Of a DNA stretch of 64,000 nt, positions 29,960-39,684 are shown piece after piece. The translations under genes and the position numbers were made by a program. This stretch comes from an uncultured delta proteobacterium (lineage in GTDB: Bacteria; Myxococcota_A; Polyangia; Fen-1088). Positions within the stretch are counted from its first letter, which is position 1; each line of letters starts with the position of its first letter. The DNA lies in contig CAVTRY010000018.1 of the NCBI GenBank assembly GCA_963737265.1, forward strand, positions 32,001 through 96,000, in the 5' to 3' direction. Under the pieces are notes generated by a model. The model was not told the origin of the DNA and did no database searches. It saw only the letters and a list, made by a program, of their open reading frames with translations.

Positions 29960-31429
29960 ATGGATTTAGGTTCCCATCACCGGGCTGACTTGCAACGGGT
30001 CGCGCGCCAAGCGCTGCGCGACCGTGGTCTGCTGCCCGATTTCGACAGCGGCGTCGTTCGCCAGCTTGGCGACATTCATGGACCCGCGACGGAAAGCGGG
30101 GGCGACATTCGCGATCTGCGCGGTTTGCTCTGGTGTTCGATCGATAACGACGACTCGAAAGACCTGGACCAGCTTTCGGTGGCGCAAGACCTGGGCGGAG
30201 GCGACGTCAGGATCCTCGTGGCCATCGCCGATGTCGACGTCTTGGCCGCCCGGGGAACGCCCATCGACGCGCACGCGGGCCAGAACTCGGCCTCGGTGTA
30301 CGTCGCCGGCCACGTGTATCCGATGCTGCCGGAAATGCTGTCCACCGATTTCACGTCGCTCGGTCCAGATGTCGATCGGCTGAGCCTGGTTGTCGAGTAC
30401 GTCGTACGCAAGGAGGGGACCCTGGGCGAGAGCGCGGTCGTGCGCGCGATCGTGCGCAATCGAGCCAAGCTCGCCTACAATGCCGTCGCCGCATGGCTCG
30501 ACGGTCAAGGGGCGCTGCCCGATGCCGCGGCGGCTGTGCAGGGAATGGACAACCAGCTTCGCACGCAGGACGAAGTGGCGGCGCGGCTGCGCCGTCTGCG
30601 TCACCAAAAGGGTGCGCTCGATTTGGAATCGCTGGAAGCGCGGCCGATTTTTCACGGAGACACCGTGGTGGGCTTGCACGCGGAGCTGCCCAACCGAGCC
30701 AAGTGGTTGATCGAGGAATTCATGATCGCGGCCAACGGCGTGGTGGCGCGCTTTCTCGAAGCCAAGTCCCGTCCGTCCTTGCGTCGCGTGGTCCGCTCGC
30801 CCGAACGTTGGGCCAAGATCGCCGAGGTTGCCGCCCATCTGGGCGAGTCGCTGCCAGGGCAACCTTCGGCGCGTGCCCTCGAGGCGTTCTTGGTGCGACG
30901 GCGGGCGGCGGATCCGCTGCGTTTCCCCGACCTGTCGCTGGTCATCGTCAAGCTGATGGGCGCGGGCGAGTACGTCGCCGAGCTGCCGGGTGCGACGCCC
31001 ATCGGACACTTCGGGCTGTCCGTCAAGGACTACGCCCACGCGACGGCGCCCAATCGTCGTTTCCCCGATCTCGTCACGCAGCGCCTGCTCAAGGCTGCGC
31101 TTGAGGACCATCCGTCGCCGTACGGCATCGCGGAGCTCGGCGCGATTGCCCAGCACTGCACGTTGCAAGAGGGGAACATCGCCAAGGTTGAGCGCCAGGT
31201 AAACAAGTCCGCGGCGGTGCTGCTGCTGGAAGAACGGGTGGGCGAGAGCTTCGACGGCATCGTCACGGGCGCGGCGGACAAGGGCACCTGGGTCCGCGTC
31301 TTCGATCCGCCGGTGGAAGGCCGTATCATGCGCGGCCTAACGGGGCTGCGCGTGGGCGATAAGGTTCGCGTGACCTTGGTAGCGACGGACTTCGAGCGCG
31401 GACACCTCGACTTCGCTCGAACGCAGTGA
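29960..31429 (+). CDS. RNB-domain exoribonuclease (RNase II/R family) with S1 domain
   Basis: SIDNDDSKDLDQ, LIEEFMIAAN, HATAPNRRFPDL. Confidence 0.92.
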   Translation: MDLGSHHRADLQRVARQALRDRGLLPDFDSGVVRQLGDIHGPATESGGDIRDLRGLLWCSIDNDDSKDLDQLSVAQDLGGGDVRILVAIADVDVLAARGTPIDAHAGQNSASVYVAGHVYPMLPEMLSTDFTSLGPDVDRLSLVVEYVVRKEGTLGESAVVRAIVRNRAKLAYNAVAAWLDGQGALPDAAAAVQGMDNQLRTQDEVAARLRRLRHQKGALDLESLEARPIFHGDTVVGLHAELPNRAKWLIEEFMIAANGVVARFLEAKSRPSLRRVVRSPERWAKIAEVAAHLGESLPGQPSARALEAFLVRRRAADPLRFPDLSLVIVKLMGAGEYVAELPGATPIGHFGLSVKDYAHATAPNRRFPDLVTQRLLKAALEDHPSPYGIAELGAIAQHCTLQEGNIAKVERQVNKSAAVLLLEERVGESFDGIVTGAADKGTWVRVFDPPVEGRIMRGLTGLRVGDKVRVTLVATDFERGHLDFARTQ

Positions 31430-31448
31430 GGCGAATGACTGGAGCCCC

Positions 31449-32084
31449 CTACGCGAAGCGCGCCACGCTCGATACCATGTGGCCGGTCTTCCAAATATCT
31501 TCGATCATCGCTTGCTTTTCTTGGTCCAGGCGCACGACGGCGATGCGTTGCTTGTCTTGTTCGAAGGCTGTCACGCTGACCACGCGCACGGAATGCTTCT
31601 TGGCGAGATTCGTGACGAAGGCGAAAACATCTTCGTCGTCGTTCACGTCGAACGAGATGCGCACCCCTGGCGAACCAGCGCCGAGCGCCGCCAACAGCGC
31701 GCGTGAAATATCGGAACCGGTGATGATGCCCGACAGCCGGGCACCGGACACGACAGGGAGCGCGTTCAATCGTTTTTCGACGAGAAGGCGGGCCGCGCCT
31801 TCGATGGGCTCGTCGGGTACGACTGTGATCGGCGTGCTGGTCATGATTTGACGAATAGGTCGCGCCAGCTCTTCCGCGACGGCGCCCATCAGCGAAAAAG
31901 GATTGAGATCCGGTGGACAGGCGCGCAGCAGGTCGCTCTTGGTCACCAGCCCGACCAATCTGTCATCCTCGACGACCGGCACCTGGCGGATGCGCCGGTG
32001 AGCCATCAGCGACGCGGCCTCGGAGCTCTTGTCGCTCGGCCCAACCGAAACAACGGCGCGGGTCATCCACTCGGAAACCAACAT
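31449..32084 (-). CDS. CBS-pair protein (AcuB-like)
   Basis: Two CBS repeats and an ACT-like tail. Confidence 0.85.
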   Translation of the reverse strand: MLVSEWMTRAVVSVGPSDKSSEAASLMAHRRIRQVPVVEDDRLVGLVTKSDLLRACPPDLNPFSLMGAVAEELARPIRQIMTSTPITVVPDEPIEGAARLLVEKRLNALPVVSGARLSGIITGSDISRALLAALGAGSPGVRISFDVNDDEDVFAFVTNLAKKHSVRVVSVTAFEQDKQRIAVVRLDQEKQAMIEDIWKTGHMVSSVARFA

Positions 32085-32132
32085 TCAGTCCATGATGCGG
32101 GTTTCCGCGCGGACTGCAAGCGGCGCTTTCGC

Positions 32133-33515
32133 TTACGCGCGGGGCGCCGGAATTTCCTGTGCTGGATGCCTGGGCTGGGCGGCGGCAAGCAAGCTCTGGC
32201 GCACCATGCCCACGTGGTCGCGCAGTAGGTAGAGTTGATCGGCGAAGGACGGGGGTGTCTTGAGCTGATTGACCGAATGCTCGATGGCGGCGATCCGCTT
32301 AAGGAGCCTGTCCTGGTCTTCGGGCGTTGGCCGCGCCAGCATTTCGCGTTCGATGGTCATGAGGGCGCCATACCAGCGATAGATGCGCGAACGCATCCGC
32401 CACCGGTACAAGGTGGGCACGATCCGGGTGGCGGGGACGAGAATCACCAAGAGCGGAACGATGACGATGATCAGCCGGTCGATCAGACTTGCCATCCAAA
32501 AGGGCAGTTTCTTATACAGGAATTGAGCGCCCGACTTATAATAGCGTTCGGCATCGCTGCTGATGGGGAAGTCGCGTGCGAGTGGCGCTGGGTATTCGCC
32601 GGCGTTGCGGAACAGACCCGGCCCGCCGTGCACCTCGCGGGCGGCGCCAATGAGCAAGTCCGACAGCGCGGGGTGCAAATCTTGGCGGGCAACCAGCTCG
32701 ACGGTGGGCCCCACCAAGGTCAACGATCGCGGTGGTTCATTCTTGCCCAAGTCGTAGGCTCCTTCCGGCAAGGTCAATTTGGAAAGAAAACGGAACTTGC
32801 GCAGGTAACCGTCGGCCTGGCGGAAATTCGCGATTTCGATGTCGGGGTTGTCGCGAAGTTTGCGCATGATCACGGGGGTGGCCGAATCGCCCATCAAGAA
32901 GGCTGCGTCGATCTTGCCAGCGATGAGCTCGTTCGCGGCTTCCTCACCGGCCAGCTCCAGCAACACCGTGGGCCCGGTGTCCATTTCATTGGCTTTCAGC
33001 AGGTTCAAGGCCAAGGCGCGCGCGCCGCTGCCCTCGGGGCCGATGGCCAGCCGCTTGCCTTTGAGCTGCGCGAGCCGCTCGACCGGCTCGGCGGACCGGT
33101 AATAAACCATCAGGGGTTGCGCGAAAACAGAGCCCAGCGAAACCAGGCGGCTGATGTCCACGCCGTCGGTCAGTCCGCCCTGCACGAAGGCCACGTCGGC
33201 TTTTACTTTCGGATTGGCCAGTTGATGGAGATTGTCGAGCGCCCCATGCGACGGTAGGACAACCACCTTGACGCCGTAATGCTCGATGATCTTCTTGTAC
33301 TTCTCGGCGTTCAGTCGATAGCTGCTGCCGTCGGGTCCGCTGAGAATGCGGATCGTGGTGGGCGCGGGGTGGACCAGCTTTTGCGTCACCAGGATGCCTG
33401 CGCTCAATAGGGCCAGCAGCGGCAGCCCGAGGTAGAGGGTGCCACGCCACGACAGCAGGGAGGACCTCCAGTGCGCTTCGGTGGGATCGTACCTGCTTGA
33501 TTTGCGCATTCTCAT
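32133..33515 (-). CDS. TAXI-family TRAP solute-binding protein, membrane-anchored
   Basis: VAFVQGG, IGPEGSG, C-terminal YRWR...IYRWYG. Confidence 0.85.
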   Translation of the reverse strand: MRMRKSSRYDPTEAHWRSSLLSWRGTLYLGLPLLALLSAGILVTQKLVHPAPTTIRILSGPDGSSYRLNAEKYKKIIEHYGVKVVVLPSHGALDNLHQLANPKVKADVAFVQGGLTDGVDISRLVSLGSVFAQPLMVYYRSAEPVERLAQLKGKRLAIGPEGSGARALALNLLKANEMDTGPTVLLELAGEEAANELIAGKIDAAFLMGDSATPVIMRKLRDNPDIEIANFRQADGYLRKFRFLSKLTLPEGAYDLGKNEPPRSLTLVGPTVELVARQDLHPALSDLLIGAAREVHGGPGLFRNAGEYPAPLARDFPISSDAERYYKSGAQFLYKKLPFWMASLIDRLIIVIVPLLVILVPATRIVPTLYRWRMRSRIYRWYGALMTIEREMLARPTPEDQDRLLKRIAAIEHSVNQLKTPPSFADQLYLLRDHVGMVRQSLLAAAQPRHPAQEIPAPRA

Positions 33516-35044
33516 GGATGGTCCGATTCTAGCCTGACTCGCGCAGTCCACACGTCGAGCGTGTCCTTGGAGCCTCGGGCACGAATGCCGTTGTCGGTGA
33601 GGATCTCCTCGGTTGCCGCCAGGGCCTGCTTGCGGTCGAATACCAGATCTTCACTGCCCTGTCCGGCGAGCTCGACGACGACGTAGGCGTCGTGACTATC
33701 GCGCAGCACCTGCACCAGGTGGCGCAGGTTCTTGATGGCGATGCGGTTGACGGCGGCGACCACGTGTCCGGCTGGGCTGCCATAGCCGGTGGACATTTTA
33801 TCGGGGAAGAGCGGCGAGGCCACCACGACGATCTCTTCGCCCGGGAACGCTGGCGGCTCGAACAGCCGCGAGGCCAGCGCGGTGCCGATCGAGCCCGACC
33901 CGCCGTAGCTGCGTAGCCCTTGCAGCGACGCCGCCGAAAACACCAGCGGGCCGTAGATGAAGTACGACGGGTAGGTGCCCGGCAGGTCGGGAACCACCAT
34001 GGGTCGGCTGGAGGCGAGCGGCACCTCGATGGTCATCGGTTTGCCACCGCGGACGATGGTCAGGGAAACCTTGCCATTCTTCGCCAGCTTTTGAATCAGG
34101 TAGGCGAAGCGTACGCGCAGGTTGTTGCCCAGGTTCACCATCCCTTGGTCATCGATGTTGGTGTCCCCGATGCGCGTGATGAGGTCCCACTTCTTGAGCG
34201 GATAGTTTGCCGTCGCGGCGACCGGCTTGTGCACCACGATGCCCTCCACGGATTTGTCGAGCTTGAGGAAGGCGCGCAGGGCCGGGTTCTCCAGAGTCTG
34301 CAGCTCGTCGTACATGCTGGGCTTGCCGTCGAATTTGCCGTCGGCCACGTCGCGCAGGTAGAGCTCGATCTCCTCGCACGGGATGATGTAGCCGATGTTC
34401 TGCGCGTTGCCGAGCTGGCCGAACGCGAGCCCGATCATCTTGTCGTCGGCGATGACGGGACCGCCGCTGTTGCCGTGGTTGATGGCCGCATCCACTTGAA
34501 TGCGCAGCCCGGACTGATTGGTGCTGTACGGGGTGAATTCGATGCGCGAAACGATGCCCTTGGTGACCGACAGGCTCGACCCGCCGGTGGGATATCCGTA
34601 GACCATCACGGTGTCCTTCACCGCGGGCAGGCGATCGGCGCGGGGGACCGCCGGTCGCGTGTCGAAGAAGGTCTCGTCGTCCAGCTTCAGCACCGCCAGG
34701 TCCATGTCAGGCGAGATGGACAGCACCTGGGCCGCGACCTTGTCGCCAGCGTGGTTGGCTTGGACCTGAATCTGGCTGGCGAAGGTGACCACGTGGGCGT
34801 TGGTCAGGATGCGCTTGCCGTCGATGATGACCCCGCTGCCGGTCAGCTCGTGAGGGGCCTGCTTGGTCCACGGCTTGCCGAAGTCGGGGTCGCGGCGGGT
34901 GGCAAAGACCTGTACGGTGGAATTCCCGATGACGTCCGCGCCCGGGGCGGCCAATACCGGCTTGGCCGTCTCGGCCGCCACCACGGCAGAGGCGGTGGTA
35001 ACTAGATAGGCGAGGAGGAGAGGCGCGGGGGCGGTGATTTTCAT
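33512..35044 (-). CDS. Deg/HtrA-type serine protease with PDZ domains
   Basis: ILTNAHVV, DLAVL, AAINHGNSGGP. Confidence 0.92.
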   Translation of the reverse strand: MKITAPAPLLLAYLVTTASAVVAAETAKPVLAAPGADVIGNSTVQVFATRRDPDFGKPWTKQAPHELTGSGVIIDGKRILTNAHVVTFASQIQVQANHAGDKVAAQVLSISPDMDLAVLKLDDETFFDTRPAVPRADRLPAVKDTVMVYGYPTGGSSLSVTKGIVSRIEFTPYSTNQSGLRIQVDAAINHGNSGGPVIADDKMIGLAFGQLGNAQNIGYIIPCEEIELYLRDVADGKFDGKPSMYDELQTLENPALRAFLKLDKSVEGIVVHKPVAATANYPLKKWDLITRIGDTNIDDQGMVNLGNNLRVRFAYLIQKLAKNGKVSLTIVRGGKPMTIEVPLASSRPMVVPDLPGTYPSYFIYGPLVFSAASLQGLRSYGGSGSIGTALASRLFEPPAFPGEEIVVVASPLFPDKMSTGYGSPAGHVVAAVNRIAIKNLRHLVQVLRDSHDAYVVVELAGQGSEDLVFDRKQALAATEEILTDNGIRARGSKDTLDVWTARVRLESDHP

Positions 35045-35157
35045 ACCGGGCATTATAGACGATGTCCCTGCTGCACGGCGGCTCGGGCCGCTGGATGCGT
35101 AGCGCCAGCTAGCACCGACTCTTTTTTTTCGTAGCACAGCCCGCGAAAAGAGGAGCC

Positions 35158-36231
35158 TTATCTACCCCTGCCTTCGCGCCGAGCCTCGGCTCGAAGAGTG
35201 GCCGGACTTGCTGGCGGATTGTCCTCGTCGGGGAAGTTGAGAGGCGCTTTCCCCGGCTTGAGGTGGCGGACGGCCCGGTCGTACCCCCTTGCTGCGACAG
35301 CTTCACTTTTCCACTGGCCCATGTGGTACCTCTCGCCAGCGCAAGTGAGCGTCACCTGCCAAGGACGACGCCAACTACGCCGGTTATAGGAAACCCCGAG
35401 ATAGCGACTGGTATAGCTGACTTGGCTGCGTCTCTTTACGTCCTGACGAGCCTCCACTCGAAGATCCGATGGGCTTGTTGGCGTAAGAGTACGGAACGGG
35501 AAGTTGAGCTTCTCGGTTGGCCCACCTAAGAAGAGCATGGCCCGATCGCGCGCCTCGGCTGCCTTATCCTCGCTCCACCAAGTTCCGAGAAAGTAAGGTC
35601 CAACCGTCGCTATCCAGCCACGAGGTGCATGGGTAACGCCATGGTGTTGGCTGCTGGTACGGGCCTTGTACGCTCGATGAGCTTCGGCCCGGAGCTGGGC
35701 GGCGTCGGCCGGACGCAATCGTCGTCTGGGGAAGTTCCTCTGGCCCTGCTCGCCATGATACAGGAGCACGGCTCGATCGTGGGCTTCGGCTGCTCCTTTG
35801 GCGCTAGCCCAAACCCCCAGCCGCTCGTACTTGCCGTTGGCACGAACGACAGCCGTCCAAGACTTGTTCGCCGTCCCCGAGTGAAAGACTCCGAAGTACC
35901 CGCTTTGGGCACGCACCCCTCTCGCTTGGCCAGCCTCGACCTGTAGTTGCTTGAAATCCGCGGGCTTGAGTCGCCGCTCGGGAAAGTTCCGCCGAGCCGT
36001 CGTGCCGCGGTACTGGAGAACCGCTCGATCGAAGGCGATGGCCGCCCCTTCCTCAGTTGGCCAGGTTCCCAGATGTTTCAGCACGCGCCCGATCCACACT
36101 TTGGCCATCCAGCGCTTCTCGTCGACTCTTTTCACGCCTCTATAGGGGATCTCCCGCTTCCGCACGTGCAATCGCCCAGGCTTGGCGCGCAATTTGGTCT
36201 TTGTGCTCACAGGCGGCTTGTCCATGGTCAT
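35158..36231 (-). CDS. Protein with four tandem AP2/ERF-like DNA-binding domains
   Basis: Four copies of xxGV...W...(L/M)GxWx(S/T)..AA..xDRA...NFP. Confidence 0.85.
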   Translation of the reverse strand: MTMDKPPVSTKTKLRAKPGRLHVRKREIPYRGVKRVDEKRWMAKVWIGRVLKHLGTWPTEEGAAIAFDRAVLQYRGTTARRNFPERRLKPADFKQLQVEAGQARGVRAQSGYFGVFHSGTANKSWTAVVRANGKYERLGVWASAKGAAEAHDRAVLLYHGEQGQRNFPRRRLRPADAAQLRAEAHRAYKARTSSQHHGVTHAPRGWIATVGPYFLGTWWSEDKAAEARDRAMLFLGGPTEKLNFPFRTLTPTSPSDLRVEARQDVKRRSQVSYTSRYLGVSYNRRSWRRPWQVTLTCAGERYHMGQWKSEAVAARGYDRAVRHLKPGKAPLNFPDEDNPPASPATLRAEARREGRGR

Positions 36232-36574
36232 GGAAAAATTTGAAGGAATTTACCAGGAACCGGCGGCCCGCAGGGGGCGCGTAGCCGCCCTATCGAAACG
36301 ATCCACGGCCGTCGAATGCTTCCTCGCTTACTTCAACCTGCGCGATGTGCTTGACGAGATCGAGGTGATGCGTCTTCCCATTTCGCTCGCGACTATAGCG
36401 AAAGCGGCGCTTTCTGACTATTGTCTATGCGAGCCAGGCGAAAACAGTGCAAACAGGGGTTGGGTCGAGACAAAGCCCTGATCGCTGCGCCCACTGGATT
36501 GTCCAAGGTCCCAAGCACACTCGGTTTCGGGGGCGCCACCGCTGGCTTCTTGGCATACAATGCTCCCCGCCCCC

Positions 36575-37174
36575 CAGGTTCGAACAAGCCTTCCGCAACA
36601 TCGACGAGGTCCTTCGCAAGGCCAGAACTTCCCCATCCGCACGGGAGAGACCGCGTTCCTGTTCCTGCAACACTTCATCCGCATGCTCAAGGCCCCTGGC
36701 CGTGGCGCCGTGGTCATCAAGAACACCTTCCTGTCCAACACCGACAACGCATCCGTCAGCCTGCGCAAGCACCTGCTCGAAAGCTGCAACCTACACGCCG
36801 TCCTCGACTGCCCCGGCGGCACCTTCCAGGGCGCCGGCGTGAAGACCGTGGTGCTCTTCTTCGACAAAGGCTCGGCCACGCGCAAGACCTGGTTCTACCA
36901 GCTCGACCCCGGCCGCAACCTGGGCAAGACCAATCCCCTCAACGACGACGACCTGGCCGAGTTCGTGAAGCTGCAAAAGACCAAGGCCGACTCGCCCAAG
37001 AGCTGGACTATCGACGCCAAGACCATCGACCAAACCACCTTCGACCTGTCGGTGAAGAACCCCAACGGCAACGAGGAAATCACCCACCGCAGCCCCAAGA
37101 AGATCATGGACGAGATCGCCGCGCTCGAGGCGGAGAGCGCGAAGGTGCTGAAGAAGATTAGGGAGCTGGTGTGA
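36575..37174 (+). pseudogene. hsdM: Type I RM HsdM remnant 1 (internal deletion)
   Basis: N-terminal FEQAFRNIDEVLRK joined out of frame to C-terminal QNFPIRTGETAFLFLQHFI...DLSVKNPN. Confidence 0.85.
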
Positions 37175-37217
37175 GCTTGCCCGGGACACCCAGCGGCGTG
37201 GCCGAGATCGCCGCGTC

Positions 37218-37865
37218 TCAGCGTTTGCGATGGCGTGGCCGCCAAGTCGGCAGCAAGGACACAAGTGCCCACGGTGCCGGAGCATCGAGCGCGAACCAGA
37301 CCTCGCTGCCGCGGCGTTCGGCCATCAAGAAGGGCTCTCCTACGGAAGAGCCATTGAAATAGACCAGCGCTCTCGTCGCGTGCTGCCAGAACCAGGGGAG
37401 ATTCTCAAGCGAGCGCGGCCACCTCTTTCGAATTTTGCCCACTGGCACGTCGTGCCCATTACGCGCCACGCGCGCAGCCACACGCGCTATGGCTTCTTCG
37501 ACCGAGCCGAGAACCACGTACACGAACAGGACCTGAAAGCCCTTCCTCAGCGCAGCGCGGACGATGGGCTTGTACTTGTCGGTGCTGAGAACGGTTTCGA
37601 TGACAAACGACCGATCGGCGCGCTTGACCAGATCCCGCACCCTGCGCGCGCATTCGTTGGCGGCTCTGACGTTTGCCTCTTCCAGGGGTAGCCGCGGCTC
37701 GAAGCGCCGGATCTCTTGGGTGATGAGATCCGGGTTGATGACCTCTATCTCAGGGCCCTGGGCCTCGATCAGCACGCGCAGGGTCGCATGGTTCTGGGCG
37801 AAGGTGGACTTGCCAGCACCGTTGATGCCCGCGACTAGCACGAACCATGGGGCGCTGGCTCTCAT
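37218..37865 (-). CDS. Zeta-toxin-like P-loop ATPase/kinase
   Basis: AGINGAGKST, INPD, FVIETVLS, RVARNGHDVP. Confidence 0.85.
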   Translation of the reverse strand: MRASAPWFVLVAGINGAGKSTFAQNHATLRVLIEAQGPEIEVINPDLITQEIRRFEPRLPLEEANVRAANECARRVRDLVKRADRSFVIETVLSTDKYKPIVRAALRKGFQVLFVYVVLGSVEEAIARVAARVARNGHDVPVGKIRKRWPRSLENLPWFWQHATRALVYFNGSSVGEPFLMAERRGSEVWFALDAPAPWALVSLLPTWRPRHRKR

Positions 37866-38119
37866 ACTCGGTTGGCGTTGCGCCCGTTGGCCCGCTTCAC
37901 CTGCCGTACAGCGGTGCGAAATGCCGTGGTCAGGTGCATGGCTAGTTCCGGACTATCGAGCCGTGCGCGGACGCCAGACCTGGTTCGTCCCCCTCGGCCC
38001 TGTTCCAAATCCTGGACCGCCACCTTCTTCATTGCCAGACCGCCGCGACCGGCCGCCTTGCGGGCGACGAAGGTCCATCGTGTCTTTGCTGGGGTGGCCG
38101 CCGCAGCCGAGCGTTTCAT
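37862..38119 (-). CDS. Small basic protein, putative partner of the zeta-like ATPase
   Basis: ATGA overlap with the ATPase start; Arg/Ala-rich. Confidence 0.55.
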   Translation of the reverse strand: MKRSAAAATPAKTRWTFVARKAAGRGGLAMKKVAVQDLEQGRGGRTRSGVRARLDSPELAMHLTTAFRTAVRQVKRANGRNANRV

Positions 38120-38226
38120 GGCGTCAGTCTAGCATGTCAGCTATCGCATGGTTCGATCGTTCCCTGTGGAGTCCTCGCCCAGGTGGATCCGGGTGTTCGA
38201 GGCTTCCTTTCTGGTAGCCTTTGACC

Positions 38227-38439
38227 ATGCATGCGCACAAGACAACTGTCACCGCCCACGCCGACCACGAGGTGGTCGTGCGCCTGCCAGACGATTTTCC
38301 CCCAGGAGAGGACGACGTCATCGTGATGCCACGCGCGCCCGCGCCATCGGAGCGCGAACCCGGGGCCGCCTTCGATCGTTTTCTCTCCTCCCTGCCCGCC
38401 GCCCCCCGTGGTGACACTCGAATCGTTCGATCGCGGTGA
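38227..38439 (+). CDS. Small antitoxin-like protein or remnant
   Basis: VVVRLPDDFPPGEDDVIV pattern resembling small antitoxins; no toxin gene follows. Confidence 0.45.
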   Translation: MHAHKTTVTAHADHEVVVRLPDDFPPGEDDVIVMPRAPAPSEREPGAAFDRFLSSLPAAPRGDTRIVRSR

Positions 38440-38524
38440 CCTCCACCGGTGACCACCTCGTCGGCGTGGTCCCACGGACGTTGCCCGCGCGCGTGGCAGC
38501 CGGCTGGCGTACAATGCGGCCATC

Positions 38525-38731
38525 TAGGTTCGAGCAGTGCTTCCCTGACATCGAGGACGACCGCGGCCGGTGGAGCTCGTCCGGCGTGAAGACCGTCGTG
38601 CTCTTCTTCGACAAAGGCTTGGCGACGCGCAAGACCTGGTTCTACCAGCTCGACCCCGGCCGCAACCTGGGCAAGACCAATCCCTTGAGCGACGACGACC
38701 TGGCCGAGCTCGTGAAGCTGCAAAAGACCAA
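38525..38731 (+). pseudogene. hsdM: HsdM remnant 2
   Basis: 38581-38731 repeats 36834-36984 (151 bp, 7 mismatches by eye); preceded by degenerate FEQCFPDIED. Confidence 0.85.
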
Positions 38732-38848
38732 TGTTCCCTGGTCCTGGGCAAAATCCAGGGAGCAGATCGAGGATGATGCGCTCCGTGAGCTTGGAGCCGT
38801 GGTGAAGAAGGTCCCGCAGCCAAGAAAGCCCGGAAAGCAGCCGCGCAA

Positions 38849-38890
38849 GCCATGAACGAGGCCGAAACCCGCGCCGAGCACATCGACCTA
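38849..38890 (+). repeat. Duplicated hsdR 5' end
   Basis: GCCATGAACGAGGCCGAAACCCGCGCCGAGCACATCGA recurs at 39682 ([12 protein letters not shown]). Confidence 0.85.
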
Positions 38891-38937
38891 GTTCCTACCA
38901 AGGCCCACCCCTTGGCATACAATGTGATGGGTCAGCC

Positions 38938-39469
38938 ATGGTCGAAACTGCTTCCCGCAAGATCCTGATTCTCGCCGGCCCAAACGGTGCCGGAGAGACG
39001 ACCTTTGCACGTGAATATCTTCCCCTGGAGGCAGGGTGCCCGGTTTTCATCAACGCGGACTTGATCGCCTCGGGCTTGTCGCCATTCGATCCCACCCAGG
39101 GTCGCGATTCGTTCCGGACGCATCATGCTGCAAATGATTCGCGAGCGCGCGGAGCGCGGCGATAGCTTCGCCTTCGAGACCACGCTCGCTGGCCGCAACT
39201 ACGCCCGCTCCATCCCGCGATGGCGGGAAGCTGGCTACAGGGTCACACTATTCTTCTTGTCCCTGCCCACGCCAGAAGCCGCCATCATCCGAGTCGCACA
39301 ACGTGTGCGTCAGGGTGGCCGCCACGTGGATGACGACGTGGTCAAGCGTCGCTTCTTCGCGGGGAAAGAGAATTTCGAGATACTCTACAAGCCCCTGGTT
39401 GACGAATGGTTTCACTACGACAACGCGGGTGCGCAGCCCGTTTTGGTGGATAAGGGGAAGAACTCGTGA
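38938..39469 (+). pseudogene. Second zeta-toxin-like ATPase, frameshifted
   Basis: [10 protein letters not shown] (Walker A K to E), FINADLIA; frame break near 39100; FAFETTL, RVRQGG. Confidence 0.85.
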
Positions 39470-39666
39470 GCAGCGCGCAGAATCGCCCAAGCACTGACGA
39501 AGTTGGAGCCATGGCCGCCCTTCGCCGCGCCCGACTGCGCGCAGAACGTGAAGCTTCGCGGACCGGAACCAGCTTGGTCGTGGTGGTGGATGGCAAGACG
39601 GTTCTGGTTCCGCCGCGCTCCGAAGCTGCCATCGACGCGGAAGAAGCCGCGAGCCGTGCCGGATAG
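39466..39666 (+). CDS. Small protein coupled to the zeta-like ATPase
   Basis: GTGA overlap; AALRRARLRAEREA...LVVVVDGKTV. Confidence 0.65.
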   Translation: MSSAQNRPSTDEVGAMAALRRARLRAEREASRTGTSLVVVVDGKTVLVPPRSEAAIDAEEAASRAG

Positions 39667-39684
39667 CCGCAACGGACGCACGCC

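Noticed and set aside
35118-35156. Imperfect hairpin at the end of the AP2 gene
   Set aside because: Weak stem and no properly placed U-tract; not called as a terminator
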